Source: Negaprion brevirostris (Eukaryota). From it: a stretch of DNA of 64,000 bases. A program made the translations under genes and the position numbers. The notes below the pieces were generated by a model that was not told the DNA's origin, made no database searches, and worked only from the letters and a program-made list of their open reading frames with translations. The first letter of the stretch is position 1. Each line of letters starts with the position of its first letter. Below, one piece after another: positions 50,001 through 62,053 of this stretch. Location of the stretch: assembly GCA_030324005.1 (NCBI GenBank), contig JARDVH010000031.1, forward strand, positions 59,843,147-59,907,146. Reading direction: 5' to 3'.

Positions 50001-50679
50001 CAAATCATGAATAGAACCAGCTTCCTATTCTTTCTGCTGTTGAGCTTATGCTTTTGCAGATGCACACACAAGTCCCTCCTTCTACGTTTACTAAGTGTCA
50101 ACAGTCGGGTGAGCAAGACTTCACAGTTCCTTAGATCAGTACTCTGTGACCTTCCACATTTAAGTACAGGACATTAGATTAAGCATTCCAGCTGTTGCTT
50201 GAATTCTGATTGTTTTTGGGGGAGGGTGATTCCAGGTTGAAAAAAAAACTTGCCCAGAATTTTGAAATACACATAACCATTTACATTTAATTCTGGTAAG
50301 TTTCCTTTTCATATTTTTTTGTTTAATGTAGGAGTGTTCTAATATTTCCCTGCAGAATTATATTTATAGTTTTCATTTCAAATCCATTATATCGACTATA
50401 TTTTCAGGATAAACAAACCCTTTTCAGTTGTATAATGGAGGGAGAGGTCTGGTCTAACGATGGTGCCTGAAATACATTCATTGCCATATTGATTGGAGCA
50501 ATATTTTGCTGTTCCTCTGCATATCCATAAACAGATGAAAAAAACTCTTCTGTGTAATTGGTCAAAAACTTGGTACAAGTTTTAACGAGTTTTAGGATCT
50601 AGATTGGCCTACCCAGTGATTCTTAAATGAGCTGCTGGTGGCCGCCAAAGGCAAATCTTTTTTCATTTGCATTAATATA

Positions 50680-52220
50680 GGGCAGAATTCTTCCATTTCA
50701 CCCGTGGTGGCTTTGGTGATAGAACATAGAACATAGAACATAGAACATTACAGCGCAGAACAGGCCCTTCGGCCCACGATGTTGCGCCGACCNNNNNNNN
50801 NNNNNNNNNNNNNNNNNNNNNNNNNNNNNNNNNNNNNNNNNNNNNNNNNNNNNNNNNNNNNNNNNNNNNNNNNNNNNNNNNNNNNNNNNNNNTTCAATAA
50901 GATCCCCTCTTAGTCGCCTTCTTTCCAGTGAAAACAACCCCAGATCCCTCAGTCTCTCCTCATAGGACCTCCCCTCCATACCAGGCAACATCCTGGTAAA
51001 CATCCTGTGATGGGCAGGAGTGGAGAATCTAGCCGGAGCCAATAAGTCAGAAACTCACTGGTGTAAAATCTCAAAGCAATTCTCCCATTGGTGAGTTAAT
51101 GAGGGGTGCTTCTTCCCACTGGCTGGTTGTGTGAACACTATTTGCAGTAATTTTCCTCTCATGAATGCTCATTAAAACAGCTGCCTGCTGGCATCACATG
51201 AAGCCTTCTAATTTTCCATCACTTTGGTGTGAAAATACGTTGACCTAAAACCCAATTGCTAATGAGAGGCATGGTAGACCTCAGTTTGCAAGAAACTTCT
51301 GAGTGAGAGCAACACTGCACTGCTGCTCCTGATGCACTATTCACGACTCTGCCAAGGCAGACCAGTTCCTGCCCTCCATGCCCATGCTGAGCTGCTCTTC
51401 ATGGACAGGATCAAGCTGCTGGACCCATGGGCCCTTCTGTGTCAGTACTGCACCCAGGGTTGGTGAGTAAAGGGGTCTCCTTGCCCCTGGTGCCACACAG
51501 TGGTGTCTAGCTGGACAGCACTGTGCTGTGGGATTCGTGCAACAAAAGTTTGAAAGGTTCGGAGTGGAGCATGAGGTGAGACAGGGGGTTGTGGAGGAGG
51601 AGGAGAGTGGGCTGACGAAGGCAAGGGGGAAAATGCAGAAGGAGGCCTGTGTAAGGAGGTGGATGAAGAAGACAAACAATGGAAGGCAAGCAGAAGATTG
51701 AGGGGAGGCAATATGGATCTCAACAAGACTAAATGAAAAGCTTGCCAAAAAGATGGTCAAAGGGATGCCATATCATTTACTGGAAGGGGATGTACAAAGA
51801 CTCCAGAGACAGTGAGTAGAGGTCCAAGTGGGACAGGGCGCCTCGCAAGTGATGGATTTGGGGAGAGGGTGGTTGAATCAAGGAACAGACTTTTCTTTGA
51901 GGCTGCTAACCTCTGGGTTTGCTGACATCTGCTTTCCTCTGGGTTGCTGACATTTTAAATGGTCTGGTGAAGACATGTGGGCTGGAGAGTGTGATATGAA
52001 TGTGCTGGAATGGTATTTAAATATGGCGTCAGAACCTTTGAGCCTGCCAGCTGATCATGGGCTGCTGGTCTGCCAGGTGACTTGGAGGGAATGTGCATGT
52101 GCATAATTAATGAGGTGCGAAGTGCAGAACCTGGCATGGGATCTGTTCTAGCCAGTGGGAAATGTGCCACCAGAGTTGCCCCTTCACTGCACTTAGTCTC
52201 AAAATGGAAGAATTCTACCC
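50680..52220. mobile_element. Non-autonomous DNA transposon, probably PIF/Harbinger
   Basis: 19-bp TIRs GGGCAGAATTCTTCCATTT (50680-50698) and AAATGGAAGAATTCTACCC (52202-52220), one mismatch; ATA on both flanks (50677-50679, 52221-52223) gives a 3-bp TSD. Confidence 0.8.
50721..51006 (-). mobile_element. Young 5'-truncated CR1-type LINE nested in the Harbinger element
   Basis: (AGAACAT)4 tail; antisense [40 protein letters not shown] without stops; flanked by GTGAT direct repeats (50716-50720, 51007-51011). Confidence 0.85.
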
Positions 52221-53682
52221 ATAGCGTCAGAAGTAACAGGAGTGCTCCACAGCAGAACTGCAAGCTGCTATTGGCCCACATTTGCACTGTCCAGAACCTG
52301 ATAGTCAGTGCTGGTGCCTGAGCTGGCTGGCTTTGCTCTGAGACTATTCAATGAACTAAATTAGGAAACCTGAATGTTTCTTACAGCTTATCAGCTTTAT
52401 GGTAATGAAATCCGAGGACCAACTTTGGTCAATCCTTAGGCTGATTTCTCTGAGTGCATTTTGCAGTAATTGGGCACCAACCAATTTCTCACCCACATAT
52501 TTTAGCATAATTTCAAATGTATTATTATTATTACAATCCACTTATAAAATGAAAAGTTTAATTTCACCACATCTTTGTAAATATTGTGATTTCAAAATCA
52601 AAACTAGAAAATGTCAATTAATCAGAAGTTATAGTAATTACAAAGGAATGCTGTATTTGCAAACCTATTATAATGATATCAAGATAAACACACATTTATC
52701 ATGAGCTATTGCCTTGTAGAAAATAATTAGATCATGCCATAGTATCTTGAAACATGCTGAAAAATAAATAAAACTACAAATCATAGAGCCCTTTAGAACT
52801 TTGCACATGTAACAAGGTTCCTAAATTTTCTCCTTGATTATATTTATTTATTAACATTTATAACCTGATGTACATTGTATCATACAGTTGAATATTAGAG
52901 TCATATTAATCTGCTTGAAAAAGATACTTCCCACAAAACCTATTATACATACCAGCAACTAATTTGTTTATACGTATTGACAAAAACTTCTGTAATTGTG
53001 ATTTTACGTGAGAGAATTTAATATTTTACTGAGTGAAATATTAAATTTTAATACTAATTCTAATCCTAGATAACAAAAATAATGTTACAAAATGCTTGAT
53101 AGAAAAACATATCTTTTGTTATAATTTTGAACTATGAACTAAGCTTAACATTAAAATATATTTAAATTATTGGTACAATCAGCGGCTTCCTCCAACATTT
53201 AAATTCTAAATTTTCAAAATATATTTCATTCTGTTGCTGACTGCATTTGAGTTTCGACAAGACTGGACCTCAACCAAGATTTTCACATTCCAATTTTCCA
53301 CAGTACAGATTGCATTTAAAGAAGAATATACCATTATGATTTCACAGAAAAATTTTCTCAGATATTATGCATCTTAAACAGCATGAGGAGAAGAATCTGT
53401 TTTCTGTTGCACGTACTTGGTTGTACCTCAATTATGTTATCGATGACCTTCTTATTGATGACCCATATGACCTTCTACCCTCTCTTCAATGCTATTTCTG
53501 CTCAACAATTTAACTAAATATACAGAGTGGATGTTATTGATCACAATTTGAAGAGGCTTTTAATTAGCAGCAATTGGATCTATGCTTTGCAATCTCACAT
53601 ATAGCCTGTTGAGATGTAAATTGTACAGGATTTAACAGATCATTTTTATTGTGATTTTTTTAATGCAAGATTTAATCAGAAA

Positions 53683-55350
53683 ATCATAAAATGGTTATCA
53701 CACAGAAGGAGGTCATTCAGCACATGTCTGTGGCAGTTCTCTGTAAGAGCAACTCAGCTAGTCCCAATCCCCTGTCTTAGCTCAGTAGTCCTGCAATTCT
53801 GTTTCTTTTGAGGTAATTACAAAATTTGCTTTTGAGTATGCCAGCACCAGGCTGTCAGACGATACATTCTAGGTCCTAGCCACTCGTTGGCTAAGCTAAT
53901 TTGTCCTCACATTGCTTTTGGGTTCTTTTGTTCTTGACCCTTCCACTAATGGGAACACTTTAGCTCTTCAAGCCTCTCATGATTTTGAATACCTTTATCA
54001 ATTCTTCACTCAACCTTCTCTCCTTTAAGGAGAACAACCCTAGCTTCTCCAGTTTATCGACATAAATAACGCCCTTCATCCCCGGAACCATTCTTGGAAT
54101 TTTGTTTTGCACTTACTCCAAAGTCTTTACTGTTTGGTGCCCAGAATTGGTCACAGTCCTCCAGTTGAGGCAAAACCCGTGTTTTAAAAAATTCACCTTG
54201 CCTTTGTACTCCATACTTCTAAAGTCTAATACCTCATTTGCCTTATCATCTGCCTTTCCAATCTGCCCTACCACCTTCAATGATTTGTACATATATATTG
54301 TCAGATCCCTCCTGCCCAAAATTCAGAATTGCACCATTTATTTTATGTTGCATTTCCTAATTTTACCTACTAAACTGTACAATTTCTGACTTTTCTGCAT
54401 AAAATTTTACCTGCCACATGCCAGCTCATTCCACCAGCCTGTTTTAAAGTCTATCACTATCCTTTGCACAGTGCATAGCACTTCCAAGTTTTGTTTCATG
54501 GGTAAATTTTGAATTGTGCCCTGTAAACGGTACTCAAGGTCATGAAAAAAGATGAAGAACAGTAGTTATCCTGGAATGGAAACCTGGGGAATTCCACTAT
54601 GTATTTTTCTCCAGTACAAAAAAACAACTGTTCACCACAACGCTCTGTTTTCTGTCACTCAGCAGCCTTCACATGTATACTGCGCCTGTACTTGTCATGC
54701 ATGCCCTTCTCTGTTTCATCTTCATCATTATCTCTTTCATCATCCAGGGAACTCTGTCATAGTTTGTCCTACCTTTCCCCTGGTGGGAATGCACATTGAC
54801 TCTACTTCCTTTTTTGGTCAATTACAGTTTTGCCAGCCAATCTTTAATTCTAATTTATTTGGGTCAAATCCATTCTCATCCCATTGAAATTGTCCCTCTC
54901 CCAATTAATTATTTTCTCCCTGATTTGTTCCCTGTCCTTTTCCATAGCTAAACCTTATGACACTATGATCACTGTCCCTAAATCTTCCCCTGCTGATGCT
55001 TAGTTAACTTGTTCCACCTCCTTTTCCAGAACCGGATCCAGCAATGTCTCCTTTCTCAGTAGACTGGAAACTTCTTAATCAATAAAATTCTCCCTAACAC
55101 ACTTCAGAAAAATTTCTATTCCCTTTACATTCATTATCCTAATTTAAACTAGGATAGTAATTTTGCAACCCTTTGCAATTCCTTTGAAAATGTATTCAAT
55201 ATTCTTCCCACTCATTGGCAGACTATAGAATACAGCCAGCAGTGCAATGGTGTTTTTATTGCTTATTAGCTCCAACTAAATAGATTCTGTCCTTAACTCC
55301 AATAAAACATTTCATTTCTCCAGCACTACAATATTACCCTTAATCAACAC
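53683..55350 (-). mobile_element. Decayed CR1-type LINE
   Basis: Antisense tail ATCATAAAATGGTTATCACACAGAAGGAGG; ORF 54113-54319 YMYKSLKVVGQIGKADDKANEVLDF; LINE-like decayed sequence continues to ~55.3 kb. Confidence 0.7.
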
Positions 55351-55366
55351 TATCAGATGCACCATG

Positions 55367-55670
55367 GTAGGGGTGTCAGGGTGGCACAGTGGTTAGCACT
55401 GCTGCCTCATAGCACCAGGGACCCAAGTTCAACTCTGGCCTTGGGCGACTGTGTGGAGTTTGTACATTCTCATTGTGTCTGTGTGTGTTTCCTTTGGGTG
55501 TTCCGATTTCTTCCCACAGTCCAAAGGGTTCAGTTGATTGGCCATGCTAAATTGGTCCTTAACATCAGGAGGATTATATGTGGGGTTACAGGGATAGGGT
55601 TGGGCAGGATTTCTGCTGGTGTAAGCTCGATGGGCTGATGGCCTCCTTCTGTACTGTAGAGATTCTGTAG
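55367..55670 (+). mobile_element. HE1-like shark tRNA SINE
   Basis: GGTGGCACAGTGGTTAGCACTGCTGCCTCATAGCACCAGGGACCCAAGTTCAAC head; LINE-derived tail GGCCTCCTTCTGTACTGTAGAGATTCT. Confidence 0.85.
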
Positions 55671-57364
55671 ATAAATCCTATTATAAATTACTGAAATAAA
55701 CATTTAAATTTTCATTTTCAATCTCGATTGAATTGTATTCAGCAAAGATATATTAATTTTTGATGAATACTATTTTTGACTTCAGTATAAAATGTGTATA
55801 AGAATATGGTTGGAATACCATTTAAGGACTAATTGTTTGCAATACTTACATACTTCAAATCAACAGTCTTAGTTACGAAGTTACAAGTTGAATATATAGC
55901 ATAATGCAATGTATATCCTCATTTAAATTAAAACAATCTAATTTCATGGATAATAGCTTAGCTTTATACAGAAAAACAGATGGGTTGGAGTATGTTGTGT
56001 CCTGATCATGTCACAAGTTCTAACATTGTATTCCAGCTTTTGACTCTCAGCTGCCTAGCTGTTATTTATTAAGTATACACATAATGTATAACTTGTTAAC
56101 TTGGAAACTATTCTTGAGACTGTGGGTCATGTTCTATGACTGAAATGCATTAGTCTGTTAGACCTTAAAGCACACTTCCTCAGCCATATGATATTGTGTA
56201 GTGAGAAGTGAGAAGAAGGGGACAAAACAGTGTCATTGCTTGTTCATTCCATACACTATGAGATTTTAGCCTGTGTTTCATATTCAAATAATCATTCACA
56301 TTGTGAAACATAGCATTGTTTTAATTGATGAGCAAAATAATAAGAAATGGAAAACTGAACTGTTCTTTTCAGACACCAATATATTCAACCTGCTTCTTAC
56401 AGCTGTTCAGCTTTATTTTTCCTTCTTTTGGTGTTTATCAATGTGTCTTGTTTTTGACATTTCTGTTTTAGTATCTACAACTGACATCAAGCAATATTAA
56501 ATTATATATATATATTACAGGGGTAATCAAAATACAAGACTCTCAATTCTAAAAATAATAAATAAATTGACTCATATCATGTCTGATCATACTGAAACAC
56601 TGCAATGCGGTTCATAAAATGAATTATTTTCAATATTTCATCTCACTAATGAGACTTAGCACCAATTTCAGAAATGTACCCCTGCTGTACCAGTGTGAAT
56701 TTTCCCATTTCCCACATTAACCATTTTAATGTTTCCTAATGTGAGTGCCATTTAATGCCAATTTATGTCTTCGCTCACAAGAAACTGGATTGAGAATGCC
56801 CAAATGCATTTCATGTAGAACCCATACTGCTAGTAAGGAAAGAGAATTTTCACCCCATCTGTCTGCTGAATTAGAATCGAGGTCCCGGATGTAAAAGGTC
56901 AGCATGTTAACACAATGTACCCCACACACTGCCCTTTTCAATCCACTTCAAGAGCTTCAGAAGTTTAAGGTTTTACTGCCTGTCGGTACCAATTGCTGAG
57001 CAATTCTATATTTAATGAAATAATGCTTTAAGATGGCACTTTTTTTTTACAGTTAATGAACTGAAATCCTTGACAGAGACCTGGAAACTGATAAATGGAA
57101 TCTGTTGGATTTATCGAAAAGTTGACAGGTGATATGCAATATACAAAGATCCTATAATCTTTCGGTACACAGATGTGGTTTTATAATTTAGCCAATGGCA
57201 TTTCAGGAAGCAGCAAGTACAGGGTGTGTAATTAGAAATACTAATATGGAGTAACTCCCAAGGCATGTGATGCTGCCCAAATTCCACAAAAGACACACAC
57301 TCATAAAGTGGAACAAAATATCATTATCCGAGATCAGACGTTGCAGTTGTTCCTTGCTTTTGAA

Positions 57365-57552
57365 TGGACCTGCCTCATATTAAGCTGATCTTTCTCTACA
57401 CCTTATCTATAGCTGCAACACCATACTCTTCATCCTCTCCTTTTCTTCTCCACTATGTACTCTGTGAATAGTACATTGTTCTGTATAGCATGCAAGAAAC
57501 AATACTTCTCACTGTATTCCAAAATATGTGACAATAATAAATCAAATCAAAT
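57365..57552 (+). mobile_element. Non-LTR retroelement 3' end fragment
   Basis: Ends ..TCACTGTATTCC..ATGTGACAATAATAAATCAAATCAAA, a typical LINE tail with a short tandem repeat. Confidence 0.55.
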
Positions 57553-58592
57553 TACAGTGATTTGTTTGTATCTACAATAGGAGTAATGTGAACATAGTTG
57601 AACAGTGATTTTATAAATATGCTTCCTGTTTTCTATTTCCGTAGTAGTACCTTTATGGATGATTGGTTAGTTTATTGATATTGAAGGCCTCAAGGATCTC
57701 AGAAATAAACAAATATATTTTATACGAATATATTTTGGAATATAGTAGCTGAATATATTGTGATAAACCATTGAAATTAATTGCATAATAATAATTTCTG
57801 AATTACAGATCAAAAATTTAATATATATTAATAACTGCAAATAGTCTTTGTTATTTTACTCATTTATTTCAAAACAAGAAATCCACAAAACACCACATTA
57901 ACACGTAACACCTGTTCATTTCAAGGCTTAAATGGTAATAACCATTTACTGATTGTGGGGTTCAATGGATATTAGTACTGCTCTTCCACCCAGAACCTGA
58001 TTGGTTTTATTGTCTAGCGCTCAGGCCATATTATTTCTTTAGTGTAGAAGACTTCAGAATTTTTTTTATTAATGGCATGGAAACTTTGAATTGATTAGAG
58101 CTACACATTGGTAAAAATGAGAGCAAAAGGGGAAATGGCAAGAGCACAGGACTGCTAAAGGAATACTTGATCAATAAAAGCTGGCTAGACTGGAGGACAT
58201 TTCTCTAGAAAAAAGAAGTTGAAGCATAACCCAAGAGAGGTTTTTAAGACTATGAAAGAGTTTGATAGGGCTGTTCAAGAGAAAATATTTCCGCTTGTGG
58301 GAGAGTTCAAAACTAAAGGTAATCAATATGAGATAGTTACTAATAAATCCAAGACAGACTTCAGGAGAAAGTTCTTTATCCAAAGAACAGTAAAGTTCTG
58401 TAACACTGTACCACAAGAAGTAGTTTGCAAAAATTGCAAATTTGGAAAAAACAAAGTCCCCAGAATAGGAATGTGATAGTGACCAGATAATCTGTTTCTG
58501 TGATACTGATTGAGGGATGCACATTGGCGATTTTTCATTGAGGTTAATTCAACTGCCTTTTCTTCAGATCAGTGCCATGGGTTCTTTTGTAT

Positions 58593-58776
58593 CACACACT
58601 AAAACGTCTCAGAACACCAGGTTAAAGTCCAACCAATTTATTTGATAGTAATCCCACAAGCTTTCGGAAACACTGTTCCTTCATCAGGTGTGTGGAAGGT
58701 TCTGATCAGGTGTGTGTAAGGTTGTGAGACTTTTTACTGTGTTTATCCCAGTCCAACGCTGGCATCTCCACATCAC
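58593..58776. mobile_element. Penelope-like element fragment (inverted pLTR arrangement) with a 10-bp TSD
   Basis: Flanked by TCTTTTGTAT at 58583-58592 and 58777-58786; the left part (AAAACGTCTCAGAAC) is an imperfect inverted copy of the right part (GTTGTGAGACTTTTT); contains a hammerhead motif. Confidence 0.7.
58655..58690 (-). ncRNA. Minimal (Penelope-type) hammerhead ribozyme motif
   Basis: Minus-strand RNA CAC-CUGAUGA-A-GGAA-CAGUGU-UUCC-GAAA-GC-UU-GUG: core boxes, 4-bp stem II, 3-bp stem I and palindromic AAGCUU in place of stem III. Confidence 0.7.
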
Positions 58777-59469
58777 TCTTTTGTATTTGCCTGAGAAAGT
58801 AGTCGGGGCTTCAGTTTAGCACCTCAATGAAAGATGAACACATCTAATAGTACAGGATTTCCTCTGTACTGCATTGGATTGCCAACCAAAATTTTTGTAC
58901 TTAAATCTATAGAATGGGACTTGAATCCATAACCTTTTGATTAGAGTCAACAGTATGGTGAACCAATCTGCATGAGCAGCTAAGTTACAAAGGATTCATA
59001 AGTGTACTTAAGAGGAAGTTAGATCTGCACATTAAGGAGCAAAGAATAGAAAGATAGATTGATGCGGTCAGATAAGAACATAAGAAATAGGAACATAAGA
59101 ACATAAGAAATAGATGACAAGGTATATGTGGAACACACACACCAGCATAGAGGAGTTAGGCCAAATTGCCTGTTTCTGACTCCTAGAATCTAGGGCTAAA
59201 AATTTGCCTGTTCCTGTGTTTGGGTCATCTGCCCAAGTCTAGTTCCTTTGAAGCAAACAGCCTGCCAACTTTGTGCTGTGTTCTTATTTGCATGATTACA
59301 GTGTACACTTGAGCATGGCCAATACTGGCTGATCAACATGGGGCCAAGTGGCATGCAAGCCCAGCATGTGTTGTAACCAGCCTCGTAAAGCCAACCTGTC
59401 CTTCTTAATGGGGAGCTGCACCCATTACTAAGATAGTTACCATTATCTGCTATGAAATTNNNNNNNNNN

Positions 59470-61200
59470 AGCCAGAAAAATGAAGCACCAGGAAAGAGAG
59501 AAGACATGCAGGTTAATGAATGTGGGCATTGGCTGAGCACTTTAAGAGATTTCCACAGTAAGTGGGGAGGGGGTGATGGTGGAGGTTGGCACAGGAGGCA
59601 CTCAAGAAAAAACCTTCAAATGGAACAGACGTAAATGGCCAAAGAGGTCATTCGGGAATTGGGTCTGAAGCATATAGAGCTAGTGACATAAGAAGTTTAA
59701 TGAACTCACATGGGTGGCAAAAGTCAGTGAATTCATTCATAAAATACTCACTACACCATCAGCTCCCCATGATGTTCAATGTACCATTCACCCATCAGCA
59801 GTTCCTAGGCGTCAGGAAACAGGCTCAATATTCAAATGTCCCACCTTACTCTCACATGCCTCCTAATGATATCAGCCACATACTCACCCCTCATAGCCTC
59901 CCCAGGCCTCCAACTATTCAACTATGGCAGACATATCAATCAAACACAATAATAGCATTCCTGATGTTCCACTCACTCTCCTGCAGGACAAAGAGGCACA
60001 CAATTAAAGGGAGCAGAGCAGAACCAGTGCAGACAGCCACGTCTGTATCACCTAAGTACTAGGACGGAAATTGTGCTCTGTGTCATGGGACTGGCAGCAA
60101 CAGAGCCTATTGTACCTAGCATCACTGAGAATATTGAGGATGATGATATGTTCCTGCCTAATGTCTCTTATCAATTCCGACCCCTATTTCATTCTATTAT
60201 CTGTAACAAAATGCCATCTACTAATGGTGTGACCTTGGACCCCTTGCATTTCAGCAACCCCTTTCCTCACATCTATTTTCCCTTCTCATTTTCTGCTTTC
60301 CCCTTCTGATTTTCTGCTTTAATGTACCGAAGAATAGCCATTTGCCCATTCATAGTAGCCTCAGGACAAGAGGAACACCACAATGAAGCATCTTTACTCA
60401 ATCAAAACTCACAACCACCAGTCCAGATACTGACACTAAGCCATCCCTAGTAGGGTAGAGCAGAGTGGGGTAGCATATAGTTCTATTACAGGGGACTCAG
60501 ATGAGGACCTCAATGGAGTGGCATTCAGGTGAAAACTGATGAATGTTCACTCTGTGATGCTTGGTGCATTGTCAGGCATGCCTGGAACCGTTCTATTGCT
60601 GTCAGAGTATGGAGGACTTCAGCTCTAGTGTGATGCAGGGAATCACCCAGAACTTGCAGATTATCCTTTCCACAGTGGAAGAGATTGCCAACTCCATGAC
60701 AACAATTTCAGTTCCAGCAGTGATACAGCATCTGGTGGTCACTATTTCAGCTTTCACTACAGCTCAGGTGGAATCCATGCAACACCTGAGAAGTGCAGTG
60801 GAAGTTCAGATGGAAGACATGGGATTCATGGTTGATTCCATGCAGGTTCAGATTGCTGCTATGACGGCAATACCTCTCAGTGCTCAAAAAGGCATACAGT
60901 TCAAAATTTTCCTTCTAAGAGAAAAGGAGATTCACACTGGTGCAGCCAAGGGGAGTGGCATTGAAGTGTGCAGCATGAGCCTGCTATCCTCTATCAAGAT
61001 GACAGCATTTGTGTTTCCTACACTGCCAGAACCTCTTGCTGTTGCCTCTCAACCAGACAGTTGCAATCCATGCCAAGGTGATGCAGTCTGAGGCCAGATC
61101 CTCAAGGCACAGAGCTGCATGAAAGGCTGTCTGGCCCCAGTGAAAGTCAATGGCTTTCTGCCAGCCATGCTGTAGCCACTAGGGTAGCATTACTTAGGAA
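59470..61200 (+). pseudogene. Harbinger Myb/SANT-like DNA-binding protein remnant (multi-exon)
   Basis: **HKKFNELTWVAK|GTCAGT (59681-59728; decayed QCRKKFNDL); acceptor CTCCTGCAG|DKEAHN*REQSRT (59987); coiled-coil-like ORF 60561-61091. Confidence 0.55.
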
Positions 61201-61319
61201 TACAAAGTTAGGCAAAAGCACCCACAACTGGCACTGAGATACACAGAGATGTATAGTTCATTTCTGTTCGTTCAATTGGATGTGTTTTTGTTTAAAGATG
61301 TTATGGAAAGGTTTTGGGT

Positions 61320-62035
61320 GTTGTCTTTTATTGCAGGAACTTGGCCAAAAAGATGATGTGACAGTGTGTCCCAGATGGCCCGGAAGATAGGGACTAATAC
61401 AGCCATGATGTTGAAGGGATGATCTCCGAAAGAGAGCGGAGTCTGAGCAGTCACTTCTGAAATGCAATGAGATGCAATACTGTAGGGAGGCAGTGGCATA
61501 GTGGTATTGTTGCTGAACTAGTAATCCAGAGATCTAGGTGAAGCTCTGGGGCCCTGGTTCAAATCATGTGCTGGCAGTTGATGAAATTTGAGTTCAATAA
61601 AAGAAAATCTTGAATTAAAAGTTTAATTATTACCATGAAACCATTGTCAATTATCATGAATACCGATCTAAAGAAAACAAAATCCCAGATGCTTCCTCCC
61701 TTCTATGTGGTCCCAGACTGCCTGGTGGCAATGGCTGTGCCTCACGATGGGGACGTTATGGAAGCTGCAACAGACCAACATGAACTTTTATATATGTCTG
61801 ATGATGGTTACCCTACCATTCCTGCCTCTTCTCCATACATACGAGCATTGCTTTTCATCATATTCCCATTGCCCTTCAGTGGTCAGCTGACAGAGGAGTA
61901 GATCCCTTTCCTCTGGTTTTTCTTAGCCTGTGGATGATGGGAATAGCAGGTTGATTCAGGATGAGTGCATTGTGACTGCTGTTAGGAAAGCTGGCATTCA
62001 CTGACGTAATGGTTTGTGCATGGTTACACACCAAG
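61320..62035 (-). pseudogene. Harbinger (HARBI1-like DDE) transposase remnant
   Basis: 61933-62034 reverse reads LVCNHAQTITSVNASFPNSSHNALILNQPAIPII (cf. LVCDH..I..VxARFPGSxHDAFILRxS); further on TTEGQWEYDEK (cf. TEAQxxYNxxH); antisense AATAAA at 61327-61332. Confidence 0.65.
61485..61670 (+). mobile_element. tRNA-derived SINE (5' part) inserted in the Harbinger remnant
   Basis: GGAGGCAGTGGCATAGTGGTA (A box) and GGTTCAAATC (B box); same family as 2655-2952. Confidence 0.65.
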
Positions 62036-62053
62036 CCTTGGTGTGAGGCTGCT

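Larger units (their letters stand above)
58430..58975 (-). mobile_element. Deu-domain SINE (AmnSINE/SacSINE-like)
   Basis: AGTGCCATGGGTTCTTTT...CCTGAGA...GGGGCTTCAGTTTAGCACCTCAATGAAAGA is an antisense Deu-domain-like core; tRNA-like head GGGACTTGAATCC at ~58917. Confidence 0.65.
58170..59185 (+). mobile_element. CR1-type LINE 3' portion interrupted by a SINE
   Basis: ORF 58219-58476 EVFKTMKEFDR..IFPLVGEFKTKG..FRRKFFIQR; LINE sequence resumes at ~58990 (KRKLDLH) and runs to a GCCAAATTGCCTGTTTCTG tail. Confidence 0.7.

Noticed and set aside
50721-50748. Short tandem repeats (AGAACAT)n and (AAGAACAT)n, also at 16173-16200 and 59072-59112
   Set aside because: CR1 3' microsatellite tails, not CRISPR or regulatory arrays; no spacers and a eukaryotic context
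55367-55445. tRNA-like A/B boxes (also ~3350-3413, ~56870-56930, ~61490-61565, ~62060-62120)
   Set aside because: SINE heads continuing into SINE bodies; no complete cloverleaf seen
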